Assembly: GCA_040756875.1 (NCBI GenBank) | Contig: JBFLYH010000003.1 | Coordinates: 32,001 to 96,000, forward strand | DNA length: 64,000 bases | Direction: 5' to 3' | Origin: a candidate division FCPU426 bacterium | GTDB lineage: Bacteria > Oederibacteriota > JAAXVQ01 > JAUVAV01 | Part shown: positions 48,388-58,060 of the stretch, in pieces | Layout of the letters: each line of letters begins with the position of its first letter | Numbering within the stretch: position 1 is the stretch's first letter | Program-made: the position numbers and the translations under genes | The notes under the pieces: model-generated | What the model saw: the letters and a program-made list of their open reading frames with translations, nothing else | Databases searched by the model: none | Told to the model about the DNA's origin: nothing

Positions 48388-48467
48388 AGAGCAATTGAGC
48401 AAATTGAACAACTTGAGCAAATCAAGGCTCGATTGCGGTCAATTTGCTCCGCTTGCTCCATTCAATT
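48388..48467. repeat. 9-bp tandem repeats (TGAGCAAAT-like) with downstream inverted copies
   Basis: tgagcaaat tgaacaact tgagcaaat ... atttgctcc gcttgctcc. Confidence 0.55.
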
Positions 48468-48897
48468 AATAGGCCGAATACGCCACCCCGCGCGTATCCT
48501 GGCCGATGGAATTGATGTAAATCTGCCCGGTTTCGTAGTTGTAATACCAGCCGCGGCCGAACCCTCGCGGCGAGTCAGTGCCGTAAGTCACTTCACCGCC
48601 CGCGGGCGAAGCCGCGCCCGCGCGCGGGTGCAGGGTCGCCACGGCCGGAAGTCCGGACAGGTACCGTCCGAACGGCGACTGCGGGCTCAATTCCCGGGGA
48701 TGAACGCCGTTGTGGTCCTGGTAATATAGCAACAGCGCCTGGCGGATGTGGTGCAGGTTGCCGACCGTGGTCCCTTCCCGGGTCTTCTCCAGCAGGAAGC
48801 TGAAGCGTACTCCCACCATCAGAATCAGCAGCAGGAGCAGCGCTCCGGGAATGACGTAATCCTTGAGCAGAATCCGCTGTCGGGTCGGCAAGGTCAT
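48466..48897 (-). CDS. Type II secretion pseudopilin (GspG)-like protein
   Basis: N-terminal hydrophobic helix then KTREGTTVGNLHHIRQALLLYYQDHNGVHP; GWYY near the C-terminus. Confidence 0.6.
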   Translation of the reverse strand: MTLPTRQRILLKDYVIPGALLLLLILMVGVRFSFLLEKTREGTTVGNLHHIRQALLLYYQDHNGVHPRELSPQSPFGRYLSGLPAVATLHPRAGAASPAGGEVTYGTDSPRGFGRGWYYNYETGQIYINSIGQDTRGVAYSAY

Positions 48898-48900
48898 GAA

Positions 48901-49749
48901 TCAGGCCTCCTTATGGCCGCGGCGGGGAGCGAGCGCGTCCCGCAGGGTTTTGATCAGGCTGGCGTGCAGTCGGCCGTTGCTGGCCAGGAAAGTGCCGCCG
49001 TAAAGGTTGTGCGGCTTGCCGGCCAGGTCGGTCAGGCGTCCGCCGGCTTCGGCGATCATGACCGACGCAGCCGCCACGTCCCAGGGCTTCAGTTTGTACT
49101 CCCAAAACCCGTCGAACCGGCCGGCGGCCACGTCGCACAGGTCCAGGGAGGCGGAACCGGCGCGCCGGACCGCCTGGCAGTGCTGGGACAGGTACTGGAA
49201 TTCGACGAAATTGTTGCGGGTGCTGATGCGCAAATCGTAGGGAAAGCCGGTGGCCAGCAGGGCGTGGCGGAGCGTGGCGGTCCGCGAAACCTTCAGGCGG
49301 CGGCCGTTGCGCCAGGCGCCTTGCCCCAGGCGGCCGATGAACAGCTCGTCGAGCATGGGGTTGTACACCGCGCCCAGGCGCACGCGGCCGTCCCATTCGA
49401 CGCCCGCGGACACCGCGAAATGCGGAAATCCGTGCGCGTAATTGGTCGTGCCGTCCAGGGGATCGACGATCCAGCGGACCCGGCCCCGCGGAGCCGGCGA
49501 CGAGGGAAACCCGCGGCCCGAGGCTTCGACCAGTTCTTCGGACACCAGTTCATGGCCCGGAAAATGGCGGCGCAAGGCCTGCACAAACAAGGCCTCGACC
49601 GCGTGGTCCATTTCGGTCACCAGGTCGACTTCGCTTTTGAAACGGATGTGGTGGGTTTTTCCCAGGCCGCGGCGCAGTCGTTCTCCGGCGGACAATACGA
49701 TTTGTCTGAGTAATCCCTGTATGCGAGTCAGTTGATGGGGAAGGCTCAA
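48901..49749 (-). CDS. suhB: Inositol monophosphatase family protein
   Basis: DLVTEMD, WIVDPLDGTTNY, ATGFPY, RRAGSA, KPWDVAA. Confidence 0.88.
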   Translation of the reverse strand: MSLPHQLTRIQGLLRQIVLSAGERLRRGLGKTHHIRFKSEVDLVTEMDHAVEALFVQALRRHFPGHELVSEELVEASGRGFPSSPAPRGRVRWIVDPLDGTTNYAHGFPHFAVSAGVEWDGRVRLGAVYNPMLDELFIGRLGQGAWRNGRRLKVSRTATLRHALLATGFPYDLRISTRNNFVEFQYLSQHCQAVRRAGSASLDLCDVAAGRFDGFWEYKLKPWDVAAASVMIAEAGGRLTDLAGKPHNLYGGTFLASNGRLHASLIKTLRDALAPRRGHKEA

Positions 49750-49789
49750 AGGCGCATTAGTCTCCGTTTATGCTAAGGAAAACAAAGCA

Positions 49790-49966
49790 TTACGATATGT
49801 CTACACAGCGTTTGGCGTATGGTGAATTAATATTATAACCCGTCGTTTTAAGACCTTTAATACGTAATTCCCCAAGTATTTTCAGAACATCATTTAATTG
49901 TGCACGATCAATTTTAATGTTCTTTTTTAAAATCGTCTTTTTATTAATACTATGTATCTTTTTCAT
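49790..49966 (-). CDS. Small basic hypothetical protein (58 aa) coupled to the upstream protease
   Basis: ATGA overlap with the protease stop; MKKIHSINKKTILKKNIKIDRAQLNDVLKILGELRIKGLKTTGYNINSPYAKRCVDIS; not in the ORF track (shorter than any ORF it lists). Confidence 0.65.
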   Translation of the reverse strand: MKKIHSINKKTILKKNIKIDRAQLNDVLKILGELRIKGLKTTGYNINSPYAKRCVDIS

Positions 49967-50865
49967 CTTAAAGACACCCCCGAATACTTATTATATGCAT
50001 GCAAAACAATATCGTGACCCCTCCTCTGCGCATAATCAGAAATCAATTTATAATAATGTTTAATCTCACTGTCAAATTCGTTATCTTGACCAAAATCTTC
50101 AATTTTTAGCTTTATATCCCTTACTAATATTTCCATCGTAATTCCACAACTATGTGAATGCCATCTATCGGTGTCGTTTAATTTTCTTGCTATCTCTGCC
50201 GCTCTCGAAGCTTTCATTTTTGGTGTCACATTCTTTCTTCTACCAGAAGTAGTCGCCCAATTTTTAAACTTGTATTTTACCAACCACTCTTTAAGGAGAC
50301 TAATCGACAATTCTCTTTCCTGTTCAAAACGATATAATTCGGCAGGATCAAATTTTTCTGTTAAAAAAACCATTTCTGCAGTGGTTAATTTTCCTTTTCT
50401 TGATTTTTCAATTAATCTTTCGTATTGAATTAAATAACCTAGCGCCGGAACGAGCCCTTTTACAGAAGGGCGGTCTATTTGTGGGTCAATTGGCCCTAAT
50501 ACTGAATAATAATTCATATAAATAGTATCGCCAGACATCACTAAAATTGTACCCGCAGACATAGCATAATTCGGCACAATAAATTCAACTGTTTGATAAT
50601 AATGCCTAGTTACTTCTGCAATTCTTTTTGCAACTTCAATATACCCCCCCTGAGTTTCCAAGATAAAAATCAGTTTTGATTTCTTATCTTTTTTCGACTC
50701 AATAGCTTCTTTAATCAGATCATCAATAGGAGTCATTATTGGTCCCATGAAAAATAACAAATCTCCATCGAGTCTTTTTTCTAATGGTTTTGATCTTTCA
50801 TCAAGTAATTCCTCTAGGATTTCATTAGAACTATGTCTTATAACTTTAGTTGAGGAATCACCCAT
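49963..50865 (-). CDS. SDH-triad ClpP/crotonase-fold serine protease (SDH_sah-like)
   Basis: LETQGG, VPNYAMSAGT (Ser), LGPIDPQ (Asp), WHSHS (His); strongly AT-rich. Confidence 0.85.
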   Translation of the reverse strand: MGDSSTKVIRHSSNEILEELLDERSKPLEKRLDGDLLFFMGPIMTPIDDLIKEAIESKKDKKSKLIFILETQGGYIEVAKRIAEVTRHYYQTVEFIVPNYAMSAGTILVMSGDTIYMNYYSVLGPIDPQIDRPSVKGLVPALGYLIQYERLIEKSRKGKLTTAEMVFLTEKFDPAELYRFEQERELSISLLKEWLVKYKFKNWATTSGRRKNVTPKMKASRAAEIARKLNDTDRWHSHSCGITMEILVRDIKLKIEDFGQDNEFDSEIKHYYKLISDYAQRRGHDIVLHAYNKYSGVSLR

Positions 50866-50904
50866 AATTACACCAACTTTAATTATTTTTAATTTCTTTC
50901 TCCA

Positions 50905-51013
50905 AGGTGTCCGAGATAAGCGTTTGCGAAAAGGACTGGTATTTTTAAGTTTTCGCGAGCCGAGGCCGCTTTCCCCGAAGCGGACGTCTTTCGAAGCTAT
51001 ACCTCGAACACCT
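50905..51013. mobile_element. MITE-like structured element family A, copy 1
   Basis: Termini aggtgtccgag/ctcgaacacct; shares agcgtttgcgaaaaggactggt and gccgaggccgc with 57326-57444. Confidence 0.75.
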
Positions 51014-51117
51014 AAAATCAGGACTTTTTTTAGAGGTTTCAGATTATTACTGAGATAAATAAATTATGGCATATTTATAGCAAAATGTATAGTCTTCGAA
51101 GTGTAAACCTTAAGCTC

Positions 51118-52605
51118 TCAGTTGGCGGAGGGAAACAGGGTGAAGCGGAGGTTGAAATAGCCGAGAAAAGCCCAGCCCTGGTCCCAGTGCAGGTAGGCGA
51201 CGTCGAAGTTGAACAGCCGGTCCACGTGCATGTTGACCAGCACCGGGTGCTGCTGGGACCGGAGTTCGGCGTCCGTGGGATACAGGATCTCCCACGCCAG
51301 GTTGACGCGGCGGGCCAGGGGCAGGTCCATGCCGAAGTAAAACATGTTGCGGGTGCGCACGGTGTCGCCGTAGCGCAGGTACTTGGACAGGTACAGCAGC
51401 GGGTCGCCGAGCGAGCCGAACACGTATCCGCTGTGCAGCCCCAGGTCGCCTAATGAGCGGCTGATGACCGCGTAGCCGCCCCAGACGTAATCCAGTTCCG
51501 ACTTGTTGGAAAAAGTGAAGCTGCCGGAGGTCTGGCTCTGCTGGCCGGCGAAGAGCTGGAGCGAGGCTTTGCCGCCCACGGCTGCGGTCAGGGGCCAGTT
51601 CTTCTCGGACACCGGCGTGTACTTGGCGTCCGCGGACAGGAGCCACAAGCTGATGGGATCCAGGTACAGCGGCAGGGGCGACAATTCCTTGGCCTGCTCG
51701 CCGTAGAGCGTGCCGATGTAGTAGGTGAACATCATGTCGCCGGTCAGGCCCGTGTCCAGCCAGTCCACGCCCCGGTAGGCGGTGGACATGAGGATCAGAC
51801 CGTTGCGGCTGCGCGGCCGCGCCCGGGCGCTTACCTCGGCGCTGGCCGGGCCGGTCTGCCCGCGCGCATCCACGGCCAAAACTTCGTACAGGTAGTTCCG
51901 GCGCGGATCGCCGGTCTCGTCATAATATTCTTCCTTGGCGACCGGGGCCGGGGTCAGAAGCACGGCCGTTTCGCCCGGCCCGGTTTTCCGCCGCACCAGA
52001 TAAGCGGTCACCTCGTAGGAGGTGCGGGTGGGTTTTTTCCACTTCAGTTGCACGCGCTCCTCCTGGTTGCTGGCCGACACTTCGGGCGCCAGCGGCGGCA
52101 CGGCGGGCAGCAGGCGGGCGAGAATCGTGGCCGAGGAAACCAGGGTGTCGCCGCTGCCGCTGACTGCGGTGACTTGGTACGTATACCAGGTGCCGGCCGT
52201 GGCGCTGAGGTCCTGATAACTGGCCGTGGTCAGGGCCTGGGACGTCATGGGCTCCAGCGCGCGGCCGGCCTCGGCCCGGGAAACCAGGTATCCGGCCAGG
52301 GCCACGGCGGTCTGAGTGGTGGACCAGGAAAGGGTGATCGTTTCGGAGGTGGCCGTGGCGGTCAAGCCCAGGGGGTCGACGACAGCGGAAGTCCATTCCC
52401 CGCCCGAGGCCTGCGCGGCCGTCGTGGAGCCCGCGGCGTCGGCCTGCAAACCGGCGGACCGGGCCGTGGCTGTGGCGCTGCCGGCTTCAGAGGACTGGCC
52501 GGCCAGCGCGCGCAGGGCCCGCTCCAGGGGCGTAAGGGTTTTGGCGCCCATGCCCAGGCCGGCCGCCAGCAACAGGCCGCAGGCAGCGAGGATGCGCGCG
52601 CGCAC
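51118..52605 (-). CDS. Secreted protein with two FN3-like domains and a putative outer-membrane beta-barrel C-terminus
   Basis: Signal peptide; ITLSW..GYLVSR and VQLKW..AYLVRR FN3-like units; alternating aromatic strands at the C-terminus. Confidence 0.65.
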   Translation of the reverse strand: MRARILAACGLLLAAGLGMGAKTLTPLERALRALAGQSSEAGSATATARSAGLQADAAGSTTAAQASGGEWTSAVVDPLGLTATATSETITLSWSTTQTAVALAGYLVSRAEAGRALEPMTSQALTTASYQDLSATAGTWYTYQVTAVSGSGDTLVSSATILARLLPAVPPLAPEVSASNQEERVQLKWKKPTRTSYEVTAYLVRRKTGPGETAVLLTPAPVAKEEYYDETGDPRRNYLYEVLAVDARGQTGPASAEVSARARPRSRNGLILMSTAYRGVDWLDTGLTGDMMFTYYIGTLYGEQAKELSPLPLYLDPISLWLLSADAKYTPVSEKNWPLTAAVGGKASLQLFAGQQSQTSGSFTFSNKSELDYVWGGYAVISRSLGDLGLHSGYVFGSLGDPLLYLSKYLRYGDTVRTRNMFYFGMDLPLARRVNLAWEILYPTDAELRSQQHPVLVNMHVDRLFNFDVAYLHWDQGWAFLGYFNLRFTLFPSAN

Positions 52606-52609
52606 GGCG

Positions 52610-53194
52610 TCAGCCCTTCCGGCGCGCGGGCCGGAACTTGAGAAAATTGGCGAGCAGCGCTTTGCCGGCCACGGTCAGGATGGACTCCGGGTGAAATTGC
52701 ACGCCCTCGGTCGGGAAGTGCTTATGCCGCAGTCCCATGATTTCACCGGCCTGCGTCTTGGCCGTGACGACCAGGCAGTCCGGCAGGTTGCGGGGCGACA
52801 CCAGCAGCGAATGATAGCGGGTGGCGGTCAGCGGGTTGGGCAGGCCCTTGAACACGCCGCGGTTGTCGTGGCGGACCTCCGACGTCTTGCCGTGCATGAG
52901 CCGGCTGGCGCGCACCACGCGCCCGCCGAAAGCCTCGCCGATGGCCTGGTGCCCGAGGCACACGCCCAGGATGGGCAGGCGCGGGGCGAAGGTCCGGATC
53001 GCGGCCACCGAAATGCCGGCTTCGCGGGGCGTGCAGGGCCCGGGCGAAATCACCAGGTGGTCCGGCCGCAGGCGCGCGATGCCCGGCAGATCGATCCGGT
53101 CGTTGCGGACCACGCGCAGGCGCTGTCCCAGTTCGCCCAGATACTGGACCAGGTTATACGTGAAAGAATCGTAATTGTCGATGACCAGGATCAT
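52610..53194 (-). CDS. trpG: Anthranilate synthase component II / glutamine amidotransferase
   Basis: [33 protein letters not shown]. Confidence 0.9.
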   Translation of the reverse strand: MILVIDNYDSFTYNLVQYLGELGQRLRVVRNDRIDLPGIARLRPDHLVISPGPCTPREAGISVAAIRTFAPRLPILGVCLGHQAIGEAFGGRVVRASRLMHGKTSEVRHDNRGVFKGLPNPLTATRYHSLLVSPRNLPDCLVVTAKTQAGEIMGLRHKHFPTEGVQFHPESILTVAGKALLANFLKFRPARRKG

Positions 53195-54699
53195 GCCTTG
53201 CGCCTCCTCGCCGCGCCCAGGGGCCAGCCCTGGCTGGCCAGCTCCAAGGCCCGCTTGAGCGCCCGCATCTTGTTCTCGGTCTCCAGGTATTCCCTATCGG
53301 GCTTGGAATCAGCCACGATGCCGGCCGCGGCCTGCAGGTGATAGGTCCCCCGCGAATAGAGGATGGTGCGGATGGTGATGCCCGTGTCCAGGTCCCCGGA
53401 GTAATCGAAGTAGCCCACCGCGCCCGCGTACGGGCCCCGCCGCTCGGTTTCGAGTTCCTCGATGATTTCCATGGCCCGGATCTTGGGCGCGCCGGTCACG
53501 GTGCCGGCCGGAAACGCGGCCTGCAGGGCGTCGCACTGGTCCTGGCCGGCCTGCAGTTTCCCCTCCACGTGGGACACGATGTGCATCACGTGGGAATAGC
53601 GCTCGATGACCATCAGCTCCGGGACCCGCACGCTGCCGAAGCGGCTGACGCGCCCCACGTCGTTCCGCCCCAGGTCCACCAGCATGATGTGCTCGGCCCT
53701 CTCCTTGGGGTCGGCCAGCAGCTTGGCCTCCAGGCGCTGGTCCTGGGTGGCCGTGGCGCCCCGCCGGACCGTGCCGGCGATGGGCCGGGTGGCGACCATC
53801 GCTCCGGTCTTGCGGAGCAGCAATTCGGGCGAGGAGCCCAGGAGCTCGCACTCCGGAAAGCGCAGGTAGAACATGTACGGCGAGGGATTGATGGTGCGCA
53901 GGGCCCGGTAGACGGAGAACGGCGGCACGGGCACCTCGGCGCTCAGCCGCCGCGAAATCTGCACCTGGATGATGTCGCCGGCCCGGATGTACGCTTTGGC
54001 CTTGCGCACCTGGTCCAGGAACTGGGCCCGCGTCACGTTGGAACGCAGGCGCGGCGCGGGCAGCGACGGCGCTTTGCCTTCGGCGCGCGGCAGGGGCTGG
54101 CGCAGCTTCCGGCTCAGGTTGCGGATCGCGGCCACGGCGCGCTGGTAGGCCCGGGCCGGATCGCCGGTCACGTGGGCGTTGCTCACCACTTTGATCACGT
54201 GCTGCACGTGGTCGAACACCAGCAGGTTTTCCGTGAACACCAGCAGCGCATCAGGAAGCCCGAGAGGGTCCGGGTTCCGGGTGGGCAGCTTTTCGAAATA
54301 ACGCGCCAGATCGTAGCTGAGGTAGCCCACGGCCCCGCCGTGGAACGGCGGCAGGCCGGGCGTGGCCACGTGCCGGTAGCGTTTCAGGAGCTGCCGGACC
54401 ACGTCCAGGGGGTTGCCGCCGTGAGGCAGCATGCGGACCTTGCCGGCCACATGGTGCTCCACCACGCCGCCCCGCACGGCCACCCACTCCGCGGGGTCCG
54501 CGCCCAAAAAGGAATACCGTCCGACCTGGTCGCCGCCTTCCACGCTCTCGAGCAAAAAGGCCCGGGACGCCCGGTCGGCGATCTTCAGGAAGGCCGACAC
54601 CGGCGTCTCCACGTCCGCGGGCAGCTCGGCGTAAACCGGAATCAGGTTGCCCCGGCGGCTGCGGCGCTTGAATTCGTCCCAGCTGGGATAAAAGTTCAT
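53191..54699 (-). CDS. trpE: Anthranilate synthase component I
   Basis: [46 protein letters not shown]. Confidence 0.92.
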   Translation of the reverse strand: MNFYPSWDEFKRRSRRGNLIPVYAELPADVETPVSAFLKIADRASRAFLLESVEGGDQVGRYSFLGADPAEWVAVRGGVVEHHVAGKVRMLPHGGNPLDVVRQLLKRYRHVATPGLPPFHGGAVGYLSYDLARYFEKLPTRNPDPLGLPDALLVFTENLLVFDHVQHVIKVVSNAHVTGDPARAYQRAVAAIRNLSRKLRQPLPRAEGKAPSLPAPRLRSNVTRAQFLDQVRKAKAYIRAGDIIQVQISRRLSAEVPVPPFSVYRALRTINPSPYMFYLRFPECELLGSSPELLLRKTGAMVATRPIAGTVRRGATATQDQRLEAKLLADPKERAEHIMLVDLGRNDVGRVSRFGSVRVPELMVIERYSHVMHIVSHVEGKLQAGQDQCDALQAAFPAGTVTGAPKIRAMEIIEELETERRGPYAGAVGYFDYSGDLDTGITIRTILYSRGTYHLQAAAGIVADSKPDREYLETENKMRALKRALELASQGWPLGAARRRKA

Positions 54700-54725
54700 G
54701 ATGCCCTCACGCGATCATCCGCTTT

Positions 54726-55112
54726 TCAATGGGAGGAGTACTTGTCCCCCGGTTCGAACACCTTCTCGCCGTCCACGATCAGGCTGCCGTCTTCGGCCAC
54801 GCGGCGGAAAAAGCAGGAGCGGTAGCCCTCGTGGCAGGCGCCGCCCACCTGCTCCACCTTCATGAGCACGGCGTCCTGGTCGCAGTCCACGTGCAGGCTT
54901 TTGACCCGCTGCACATGGCCCGAGGTCTCGCCTTTTTTCCATAGTTTATTGCGGGAGCGGCTGTAATAGTGGGCCACTCCGGTTTCCAAGGTCAGGCGCA
55001 GGGCTTCGTCGTTCATAAAGGCCTGCATCAGGACCTCCTGGGTGGCCGCGTCCTGGACAATGGCCACCAACAGGCCCTGGGAATTGAATTTCATACCGTT
55101 GGGAACGGGCAT
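54726..55112 (-). CDS. hisI: Phosphoribosyl-AMP cyclohydrolase
   Basis: YSRSRNKLWKKGETSGH, DCDQD, ACHEGYRSCF. Confidence 0.96.
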   Translation of the reverse strand: MPVPNGMKFNSQGLLVAIVQDAATQEVLMQAFMNDEALRLTLETGVAHYYSRSRNKLWKKGETSGHVQRVKSLHVDCDQDAVLMKVEQVGGACHEGYRSCFFRRVAEDGSLIVDGEKVFEPGDKYSSH

Positions 55113-55158
55113 GCGACTTCCTCCTTTTTCTTTTCCTGATTTTCCGCGAAACGCGTCC

Positions 55159-55938
55159 CTATTTTGCGCCGTGCGTCAGCCGCACCGGCACGCCGCGCCG
55201 GGCCAGATACCGCTTGGCCTGGCTGATCGTGTACTTGCCGTAGTGAAAAATGCTGGCCGCCAGCACCGCGTCGGCCCAGCCCTGGTCCAGCACTTCGGCC
55301 AGGTGCTTGAGCTGCCCGGCCCCGCCGCTGGCGATCACGGGCACGCTCACGGCCTGCGAAACGGTCCGGGTCAGTTCCACGTCGTACCCGTTCTGCGTGC
55401 CGTCGCAATCCATGGAGGTGAGCAGGATTTCGCCCGCGCCCAGGGCCACGCCGCGCCTGGCCCACTTGACCGCGTCCAGGCCCGTGGGCGTGCGGCCGCC
55501 GTGGATGAAGACCTCCCACAGGGACTGGCGCCCGGGCCGACGCCGGGCGTCGATGGCCAGCACGATCGTGCTGCGCCCGAACACCTCGGACGCCTGCCGC
55601 AGCAGCTCCGGCCGCTGGACCGCCGTGGTGTTGATGGATACCTTGTCCGCACCGGCCCGCAGCAGGTCCCGGATGTCCTGGATGCTGCGGATGCCCCCGC
55701 CCACGGTCAGCGGCATGAACACCTGCTCCGCGCAGCGCTCCACCACGCGCAGCATGGTGCGCCGGCTCTCCACGCTGGCGGTGATGTCGAGAAACACCAG
55801 CTCGTCCGCGCCGGCGCGGTCGTACACCTTGGCTTGCGCCACCGGATCGCCGGCGTCGCGCAGGTGCACGAAATTCACGCCCTTCACCACCCGGCCGTCC
55901 TTGACGTCCAGGCAGGGGATGATGCGTTTGGCCAGCAC
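55159..55938 (-). CDS. hisF: Imidazole glycerol phosphate synthase cyclase subunit
   Basis: [34 protein letters not shown]. Confidence 0.97.
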   Translation of the reverse strand: MLAKRIIPCLDVKDGRVVKGVNFVHLRDAGDPVAQAKVYDRAGADELVFLDITASVESRRTMLRVVERCAEQVFMPLTVGGGIRSIQDIRDLLRAGADKVSINTTAVQRPELLRQASEVFGRSTIVLAIDARRRPGRQSLWEVFIHGGRTPTGLDAVKWARRGVALGAGEILLTSMDCDGTQNGYDVELTRTVSQAVSVPVIASGGAGQLKHLAEVLDQGWADAVLAASIFHYGKYTISQAKRYLARRGVPVRLTHGAK

Positions 55939-55947
55939 CGTGCCTCC

Positions 55948-56673
55948 TTAGGCCGCGGCGGCCGCGACCGCGTCCTTCAGGTCCAGGGCGCCGGTGTAGA
56001 GCGCCTTGCCGATGATGCAGCCGCTGACGCCGTATTTTTCGAGGTTCTTCAGATGCTTGATGTCCTTGACCGAGGCCACGCCGCCCGAGGCGATGATCGG
56101 AATGTTCACCGCGCAGGCCATGGCCTTGATGCCCTTGAAATTGGGGCCGGACAGCAGGCCGTCGCGCTTGACGTCCGTGAAGATGAGGTGCCTCACCCCC
56201 GCTTTTTCCAGTTCCTGGGCGAACTCGATCGCGGACTTGTCCGTCACGTCCTTCCAGCCGCGGATGGCGACCTTGCCGTCGCGGCTGTCCACGCCCACCA
56301 CGATGCGCGCGGCGCCGAAACGCTTCAGGGCCTTGGTGAGGAAATCCAGGGAGAGCGCGTTCGTGCCCAGGATGACGCGGCGGATGCCGTTGTCCAGCAC
56401 TTCCTTGATCAGGTCCAGGTCGCGGATCCCGCCGCCGAACTGGATCGGAATGCGGACGGCCTTGGCGATCTGGTAGACGTATTTCAGGTTCTTCGGCGTG
56501 CCGGTCAGGGCGCCGTCCAGGTCCACGACGTGCAGGTATTTGGCCCCCTTGAGCTGCCACAGCTTGGCCATGGAGCTGGGTTCCTTGGAATACACGGTTT
56601 CATCGCGGACGTCGCCGCGCACCAGCCGCACGCAGCGGCCTTTGCGCAAATCAATGGCAGGATAAATCATCAT
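55948..56673 (-). CDS. hisA: ProFAR isomerase
   Basis: YPAIDL..GRCVRL, LHVVDLDGA, GGGIR, IASGG, GKALY. Confidence 0.96.
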   Translation of the reverse strand: MMIYPAIDLRKGRCVRLVRGDVRDETVYSKEPSSMAKLWQLKGAKYLHVVDLDGALTGTPKNLKYVYQIAKAVRIPIQFGGGIRDLDLIKEVLDNGIRRVILGTNALSLDFLTKALKRFGAARIVVGVDSRDGKVAIRGWKDVTDKSAIEFAQELEKAGVRHLIFTDVKRDGLLSGPNFKGIKAMACAVNIPIIASGGVASVKDIKHLKNLEKYGVSGCIIGKALYTGALDLKDAVAAAAA

Positions 56674-56679
56674 GGTCCT

Positions 56680-57294
56680 TCACCCCTTGCGCTGCAACCA
56701 GCGCGCCAGATTACGGTAAACCTGCAGGCCCAGGTCCTGGCTCTTCTCCGGGTGGAACTGGGTGGCCAGGATGTTGTCTTTGCCGACCGCGGCCGCGACC
56801 TCGATGCCGTAGGCCGTGGTCGCCAGCGTCAACTGCGGGTCCGCGGGCTCGCAGTAAAACGAATGCACGAAATACATGTAAGAGCCGTCCGGAATGCCGC
56901 GCAGCAGGGGGTGGCGCCGCTTGACCGAAAGGCTGTTCCACCCCATGTGCGGCACTTTGTATTTCTTGGGGAACGGCCGCACGCGCCCCGGAAAAATGCC
57001 CAGGCCCGCGTGCCGGCCGAACTCCTCGGAGGTCTCGAACAGCAGCTGCATGCCCAGGCACACGCCCAGGAGCGGCTTGCCGTTGAAGGCCGCCTCCTTC
57101 AGGACGCCGATCAGCCGCTGCCGCGACAGGTTCTGCATGGCGTGCCCGAACGCGCCCACGCCGGGCAGTATGATCGCCCGGCTGCGGCGCAGGTCCCGCG
57201 CCTGCGACGTGATCCGCGACGGCAGTCCGGCCCGGGTGCAGGCTTTCTGCACCGAGTGCAGGTTTCCCATGCGGTAATCGACGATAGCCACCAT
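56680..57294 (-). CDS. hisH: Imidazole glycerol phosphate synthase glutaminase subunit
   Basis: PGVGAF, GVCLGMQ, PHMGWN, YFVHSF, QFHPEKS. Confidence 0.96.
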   Translation of the reverse strand: MVAIVDYRMGNLHSVQKACTRAGLPSRITSQARDLRRSRAIILPGVGAFGHAMQNLSRQRLIGVLKEAAFNGKPLLGVCLGMQLLFETSEEFGRHAGLGIFPGRVRPFPKKYKVPHMGWNSLSVKRRHPLLRGIPDGSYMYFVHSFYCEPADPQLTLATTAYGIEVAAAVGKDNILATQFHPEKSQDLGLQVYRNLARWLQRKG

Positions 57295-57325
57295 AACCGG
57301 TCGTCCTTCTGTGATCTTTTCAGCG

Positions 57326-57444
57326 GGGTGTTCGAGGTATTGCTGAGAAAGCGTTTGCGAAAAGGACTGGTCCTGCCGCCTTTTCGCAAGCCGAGGCCGC
57401 CCTCCTGATGGCGGCCGTCTTTCGAAGCAATGCCTCGAACATCT
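57326..57444. mobile_element. MITE-like structured element family A, copy 2 (between hisB and hisH)
   Basis: 19-bp imperfect terminal inverted repeats gggtgttcgaggtattgct/agcaatgcctcgaacatct; two internal hairpins. Confidence 0.8.
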
Positions 57445-57454
57445 ATTCCATCCG

Positions 57455-58048
57455 CTACAGCCGGCCTTTGGTGCTGGGGACGCCCTGTTGGCGGGAATCC
57501 CGTTCCAGAGCCTGCCGGAGCGCCCGTCCCAGGCCTTTGAAGGCCGCTTCCACGACGTGGTGCGTGTTGCCGCCGGCCAGCTGCGCCAAGTGCAGCGTCA
57601 GGCCGGCTTGATTGCTCAGGGCGCGGAAAAACTCCGTCGCCAGTTCCGTGTCAAAGGTCCCCAGCCGGCGCTGACGCAGCTTCAACCCGAAATTCAGAAA
57701 CGGCCGGCCCGACAGGTCGACGGCCACGGCCACCAGCGACTCGTCCATGGGAATCATGGCCCAGCCGTAGCGCCTGAGGCCGCGCTTGTCGCCCCAGGCT
57801 TTGGCCAGCGCCTGCCCCAGGGTCAGGCCCACGTCCTCGACCAGATGGTGCTGATCCACCTTCAAATCTCCCTTGGCCCGGATGTCCAAATCCACCAGGC
57901 TGTGGCCGGCCAACAGCGTCAGCATGTGCTCCAGGAAGGGAATGCCCAGGTCCAGGCGGGCCCGGCCGCTGCCATCCAGGTTCACGGACAGCGAAATGTC
58001 GGTCTCCTTGGTTTGGCGCCGTATGCGGGCAATGCGTGATTTGGGCAT
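57455..58048 (-). CDS. hisB: Imidazoleglycerol-phosphate dehydratase
   Basis: RQTKET, FLEHML, DQHHLVED, PMDE, NTHHVVEAAFK. Confidence 0.96.
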   Translation of the reverse strand: MPKSRIARIRRQTKETDISLSVNLDGSGRARLDLGIPFLEHMLTLLAGHSLVDLDIRAKGDLKVDQHHLVEDVGLTLGQALAKAWGDKRGLRRYGWAMIPMDESLVAVAVDLSGRPFLNFGLKLRQRRLGTFDTELATEFFRALSNQAGLTLHLAQLAGGNTHHVVEAAFKGLGRALRQALERDSRQQGVPSTKGRL

Positions 58049-58060
58049 GGGGATCCCTCC

